A stretch of DNA of 54,542 bases, filler included, from Jimgerdemannia flammicorona (Eukaryota): NCBI GenBank assembly GCA_003990765.1. It is 3 parts of 3 records of this genome, joined end to end, with 100 filler letters (N's around TTAATTAATTAA, not from the genome) between each part and the next. Parts side by side here need not be neighbours in the genome. Positions count along the whole stretch, not along the records: positions 36,431 to 54,542 come from RBNJ01002301.1; 2 more parts are not named here. One strand, given 5' to 3'. The notes beneath the pieces were generated by a model. That model saw nothing but the letters and a program-made list of their open reading frames with translations, was not told the origin of the DNA and made no database searches. Each line of letters opens with the position of its first letter. Within the stretch, counting starts at the first letter, position 1. The position numbers were made by a program, and so were the translations under genes. Below, piece after piece: positions 49,101-54,542 of this stretch.

Positions 49101-51359
49101 ACATGGTTTTCTGGTAGCTTGACTCCTATTCCAGTGCCAAGTAGGGTGGTGGTCTGTGTTTTGAGGGTAGCATCTTGGATGCTGGCAAGGTCCATTCCTA
49201 TGGCTCCTTCAGTCTTGTATTCTGGGATCTTGGCTTTAGGGTAAAACTTCTTGACCTTGAGGGTAATGTCTGATTCTTGTTCCTCCTCATCATCACTGTC
49301 AGCTTGAAGCTCTGGGGGCTGGTCATCTTCTTCAGCTTTCCTTTTTGCTTCAGCAGCTTCTTGCTCATATTTCTGTTGGCAGATTTTCCTGACTTCACTG
49401 ATATAGGCCCAGCAGTCATTCAGGTGTTCAGAGCAGTACATTCTAGTACCATGGGGGCATCTTCCTTGAGGGGCATACCCATCGATGATCTTGTTATACC
49501 ACTGCTCATCTGTGAGCTTGGGTGTCTTGTTCTTGTTCTTGTTCTTATTCACTGAGTGCATGAAGACCTCTGTGTCTTCTTCATCTCCTTCCTCCATGTC
49601 TGGCAGGACTCCTTTGTGGACATTGATAGAAACTCATACCTTTCTTCCTCTGTAGTTGATCTGCATCTTCTGAGCATTGAGGTCAATGATGGCCTTGGCC
49701 TTGTGAAGCTATTGGTTGCCAATGAGGATGTCATAGTTGGTGGCACTTGTAATAATCACATCTACTGGGATGATAGCTCCTCCTATCTTGATGGGGACTT
49801 CTTGGATTTTGCTAAGGGGGGTAGCTTGTGTACCATCTGCTGTGATATAGACCATTTGGTGGACTCTTCAATGTCCCAACCTAGGCAGTCAATTGCCTTC
49901 TTACTCATAAGGCATCCTCCAGCACCAGTATCAATGATGGCATCAAAGATACAGTCTTCGATCTGGCAGGGGGTATAGGCTGATGTCTTGCGCTGGTCTT
50001 CAGATTCTTCACCTGAGTTCTCAGATTCTTCTTGTACATTGTGAGCTTCTACAATCTTGTACTCTTGATTCTTGACAGTAGTTGCAAGTTCTACTCTTAA
50101 CTGCTGTCTGAAGGCAGGGACTTCAGCTAGCTGCCTAAAAGTGACATTGATCTTCTATTCCTTGAAGTCCTTGTAGATGTCATACTGGTGGATCTTGGTC
50201 TTACGCAGCTTCTATTCCTTCTTGCTCTCGCTTTCTCCTGAGACTGGAGTAGTGCCTTCGATAATTTGGTTGGCAGCTTCATCTAACTCCATGTCTTGAT
50301 CAATCTCCTCGTATTGGGTCTTGCTTTGAATAGTGATAGCTGGAGTCTTTTTTGGTCTTCCAACTGGCTTGCTGTTGCTCTTCTTGTCATAGGGCTTGGA
50401 CCAGGTTCTGGTTCCTTCGGTAGTAGGGTAGAATTCGAGCCCCTCATAGTATTCTTCATCATCAGTGTCACTGATCTCCTCAATGACTACTGTATTAGTT
50501 TGTTCTCTAGTTCTGCTAGCATTACTTGGTTGGGCTTTGCGTCTTGTTTTGGTCATGCAACTCTTTGCATAGTGGCCTTCTTCTCTACATCTGAAGCATA
50601 TGATATTGCATTCTTCTGTAGCAACTGCAAATCTCTGCACTGGTCTCCTGTTGGTGCTTCAGACTTCTCTACAATATCACCAAGGTGTGCAGTCATCTTG
50701 GCAAACTGCTTGGCAAGTTCTTCCACTGGGTCAGCTTTGGCTGTCTTGGGGGTAGGTGGGGTTGGTTGTCTGTTTACAACTGTGGCAGGTAAGATACTAG
50801 TTGGCTTTGATGGCTCTATCTTTATGCCAGTTATTTTCTCCATTGAGTGTTCAGCAGAGTGTCTGGCAGTCCAATATCTCTGTGCAAAGACCACTTTCTG
50901 ATCAAGGGTCAGTGCAGCTGGGGTAGACCAGATTGCTAGGGCAATTTCAGAGTGAACTCCTTTGAGGAATGTTGAATCTGCTATTTGTTCCTTGAAGGCA
51001 TCATCATAGCCAGCCAAGACAATCTGGTGGCAGATTTGGGTATAGAATAAGTTGGGATCTTCACTAAGTCCATGGCAGATAGTATTGATTTGATCCTTAA
51101 GAGCTTGCTTGATCTCTTCAGTATAATATGTTGTTCTGAGGAAGGTCTTCATGTTGGCAAGTTTGACTGCATCTGCACCAGCAATGGTGGCTGCATTAAA
51201 CTTGTTTCTGGCAGGTCCTCTGAGGCTGACTGGTAGAAGAGCCAATTGAGCATCCACTCCAAGAGCTCATATGGTGGCAAATTGTTCAAAGTCTTCAATG
51301 AAGGTCAGGATTGACTCTTCAGTAGTATATCTATAGAATGTGGGGGAGTGTATTTCCAT
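46130..51359 (-). pseudogene. gag-pol of element 2 (disrupted)
   Basis: gag 50553-51359, CCHC at ~50557-50600, protease at ~49910-49950, 48251-49597 dUTPase-RT, 47816-48208 RT, 46873-47463 integrase N-terminus. Confidence 0.92.
48851..49261 (-). other. dUTPase domain within pol of element 2
   Basis: IGMDL, RSSLA, GGVIDPDYTGEI, DRIGQ, RGEQSFGSTG. Confidence 0.92.
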
Positions 51360-51890
51360 CTTGTCTTGAATTCTTACAGGGGTGACTCTTGTAGTCAGGG
51401 TAGTTGTTGTGGGGGTTGTTTGTTTTTCAGCTTGAAAGTGAGGGATTCATCTTGAATCACCAGCCAATGGGCACCAAGTTGTCACATAGTGGTCACTGAG
51501 TCCTTCAAATATGCCAGATTCTCTTCAAGGTGTATCTCTTAGACTAACTCAAGTTGTTATAAGCAAGTTCTTATTGGAGTACCTTCCCAAGGTCTTATAG
51601 TCCTCAAACTTCTTATCTTTAACTATCTTGTTATCTCTTAGATTGCTTACAAGGAAGTGTGTATATTGCACTGAGAGGAACTGACTTTATTTCAGAGGAA
51701 ATAAGAGAGGTATTTATACAAAATATAATTCAATGGTTGCTTAGATATAAAGCTAAATATAAATTCCATAACTAAAACTACTAAGTTCCAGAGCTGGCAT
51801 TATTTAGTGTCACATCAAAATACCAGTGCTGGAATAATTTCACATCACCTCAGAATGCCGGTGCTGGCATTATCCAGTGTAACAAAGAAC

Positions 51891-52691
51891 TTAGAGCAGA
51901 AAGTTCAGGATTATGGGGGCTTCATCATCATCATCACTGAAGGAGATGAGATCCACAAATTCATCATTTTCACATGCTTTGATGTTATGCAGGATGATAT
52001 CATCGATGACGTCATCATGTTTGACTGTGGTGGGGAAATCAGGGACAAGGTCTGGAGCTCTCCAGTCTATGAGGTTCTCTTCCACAAAATAAGGAACAAA
52101 AGTGGGGTCTTGGGGAGATCTAACCTGGATGCTTGGGCCATGGAATACTGAGATCAATCCTTACAGGAATTGATCTGGGTTGTCCTGAAGGATAGGGTGC
52201 CAGAAGTCTTCTACTTCTTCACTGTTGAGAGTGATAGTGGACTGGACTTCTGTAGCCACCCTGGCTTCTAGTGCATTGATACAGCGGGATGATAGGTCTC
52301 TGAAATCTGAGACTCTAACATACTCCAAGTTGGAAATTGACCATGGTGCATGCCTGAAGATCTGATGGATCTTAGCTGTCCTTGTTTCATATATATCCAT
52401 GGAAGTGACATCTTGTAGCTCTTGGGTGCTGGCCTGTGGGAACTCCCAGCAGAGGTGGTTTCCTATTTCATACTTCTGCTATATTTGGAGGCATTCGGTA
52501 GTAATGGTGATCCTTGTTTCCATTTCACAGCAGTAGGGAATAAAGTGATAAGGGTCTGCAGTACCCAGGTAAACACTAGGAGTCCTTCTTGAGCGGGTCC
52601 TCATGGCTCTTCTGATGTCTTGGAACATCCTTTCCTCGACTGAGATACCTTGGTGATTTCTTGACCTTGAGGTTTGGTGGGTGGCAGGCAT
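51891..52691 (-). pseudogene. LTR-encoded accessory ORF (~266 aa), 5' LTR copy
   Basis: Pieces 52479-52691, 52161-52400 and 51891-52157 share one frame. Its two stops fall at different sites from those of the other LTR. Confidence 0.8.
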
Positions 52692-52771
52692 TTTGTTTGT
52701 GGTAAGTCTTTGAGCTATTTTGGGATTAGTGGTTCTTGTTGGTTGCTGCTACTGCGGTTTCTTGATCCTTC

Positions 52772-52778
52772 TTTTATA
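52772..52778 (-). promoter_or_regulatory. TATA-like box upstream of the LTR ORF
   Basis: TATAAAA about 80 bp before the ATG at 52691, conserved in the other LTR. Distinct from TATAAAT (~51712-51718) and AATAAA (~51686-51691) further downstream. Confidence 0.5.
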
Positions 52779-52933
52779 TTCTTCAAAATGCTTGTGCTGT
52801 GGTCACAATGACTCACAGTTGATCATCATTACTCATCTCATATGCCATATGATCTTCTTGTGCTCCGATCTGGTGGCTTGTAAGGAAAGGCTGTCTCCTG
52901 TGCTGATGTCATTATTCTGGGGTCACTGTTACA

Positions 52934-53576
52934 TTACTTATGCTAAATCATTCAAGTATAGTCTGAATATATGTAGCTTATGATAAATATATAGTATATT
53001 TGTTCATATTACATATAATTGATATTTCAAGAAGATAGAATACATCACTCATAGTTATCATCTTGAATTTCTAGTATAGTATTATCTTTACATTATTGAT
53101 CTTTCACCATTCTAATCAGAATAATATTATTAATCTAAATTCTTAGGTATACTATTTTTGAGAATATATATCAAATATATATATATATATCAGCTTTACA
53201 ATACTTAAATTTATGTCTAAGAGGTATTTGTTGATTTTTTGATTCCACAGTTTTACTGCTAATTTGATACTTTAGAGACCTTTATATAATTTGTATATAA
53301 GCTCCTTTTGCTTATCATTGTATAGTTTGTATCCTTATGGTTGCTAAATATATATATAGCTCTATTATTCAAGAAGACTGTCTTAATATCTATTTAGTAA
53401 ATTTCATAGTCAAATTAAGCTCTGATTACAAGAAGTATTCTAGATAAAGTAAACTTGAATACTGGAGAAAAGGTCTTATTATAGTCTATGCTATATCTTT
53501 GTAAATATTTCTTTACCACAAATCAAGCCTTATATTCCTCTATACTCCCATTACTATTATGTTTAATTTTATATAT
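52934..53576 (-). mobile_element. Ty1/Copia relic, RT N-terminal part, continuing 43560-44321
   Basis: YKA*FVVK..IDYNKTFSPV, QIDIKTVFL..YI*QP*GY, YLS*ATYIQTILE*F. Confidence 0.8.
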
Positions 53577-54542
53577 TGTGACATCTACAATTGACCCTGT
53601 CCAAATTCGGAGTACCCTGTGACCACAAGATCAGATGACATAATGGCGTGACAATCAAATAGACAGCCTGACCCATTAGGTGATCATCCCAAAAGGAGAC
53701 AAGAAGATCCGAGCCAAAATGAAGACCACGTTATTTAAGGAACCCTGCTTCGCCTCAGAGATCGGCACCAAAGAACCAAGTACCCACCACACAATACCTC
53801 CCATTCACCAAACCAACCAGACCTCCCGCTGCTCTACCCCTTTGCCTGGCCCAAAGACCCTGATCTTTGAAGCTATCAAGAAGGCCATCTGGTGCCCAGA
53901 TACTTCCGAACACTTGAACTTCTATACTGAGGACCTTGGACACTTCATCAACTACCGGTATATAATGACCCAATAGCTCAAAGACACTACCGAATGAATG
54001 ACCCTCTGGCATGACTATGAAATTAGATACCGCCTTTGCAATGAGACTCAAGAAGGAGACCAGGAAGACCTCATTGCCGAAATGTTAACCACCAGTTGGC
54101 TAATCAAGAGAGCCCTCCGTGTCCATCAAATCTTCTGCCATATTCCCTGGACTATAGCACACTTGCAAGGAGTAATAGCTGGCAGCCTCTCCCGCCTTTC
54201 AACTGAAGATGCTGACTGGATAGAATCTGAAGTAGCCAATGCTATTGGCAGCAACTGCATCACCATAGGAAGCCAACAAACTGAACCTACTCAGCCAGGT
54301 TTTCACACCACCCCACTCTGAGACAACCATCAAGGTCACCTAATGAGTCTCATGGAGATATTTGAAGGACCGCCCATCACTATAGAAATACCTGTTGGAG
54401 CTACTCCAACCACCTACCACCCTGTCAGCCACAATTCACACCTCATCATTTGGGAACCGAATCAAGAGGAAGCCCAAGAAGTTCCTGTCTTTAAAGAGGA
54501 AACCCAAGAACTCCAAGACCCTGCCCCTGAAGAAACCCCCTC
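53577..54542 (+). mobile_element. Probable LTR of a third related Gypsy element carrying the accessory ORF, cut by the window end
   Basis: Begins TGTGACA, interrupting the Copia RT. One frame from ~53794 (ATA, IPPIHQT vs MPATHQT) reads through three stops and is similar along its length to the element 2 LTR ORF. No partner LTR is visible. Confidence 0.7.

Larger units (their letters stand above)
44322..52933 (-). mobile_element. Ty3/Gypsy LTR retrotransposon 2, full length, with 1.45-kb gene-bearing LTRs: gag-PR-dUTPase-RT-RH-IN
   Basis: LTRs 44322-45776 and 51480-52933, 4-bp TSD TTAC, PBS at 51460-51476, PPT at ~45777-45789. Motifs CFRCREEGHYAKSC, IIDTGAG, YVDD, HEQGH..CDKC, YHPQENGQTER, WEGPF. 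Confidence 0.95.
51480..52933 (-). repeat. 5' LTR of element 2 (1454 bp)
   Basis: TGTCAC...GTTACA; adjacent to the PBS. Confidence 0.95.

Overview
Eukaryotic, intron-rich fungal-type DNA. The gene set and TE types fit an early-diverging fungus such as Mucoromycota (inference). The window is three unlinked ~18.1 kb contigs (1-18115, 18216-36330, 36431-54542) joined by artificial N44-TTAATTAATTAA-N44 spacers. Host genes: a ~20-exon class C (GABA-B-like) GPCR ending in a PH-like domain (11613-16307, +), a 5-exon MFS transporter (36707-38885, -), and pseudogenes of a 3-methyladenine glycosylase-like protein and an APH-like phosphotransferase. The rest is mostly CpG-deaminated transposons: three copies of an apparently endonuclease-less Penelope-like element with a large 3' hairpin, a decayed chromovirus, a Tc1-like foldback element, hAT remnants plus a MITE, a Copia relic, and three related Ty3/Gypsy elements. 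The two full-length Gypsy elements carry a dUTPase between protease and RT, 4-bp TSDs and an identical PBS region. The most striking signal is an unannotated accessory protein family shared by all three Gypsy elements. It sits downstream of pol in one element and inside the LTR, with its own TATA box, in the other two.
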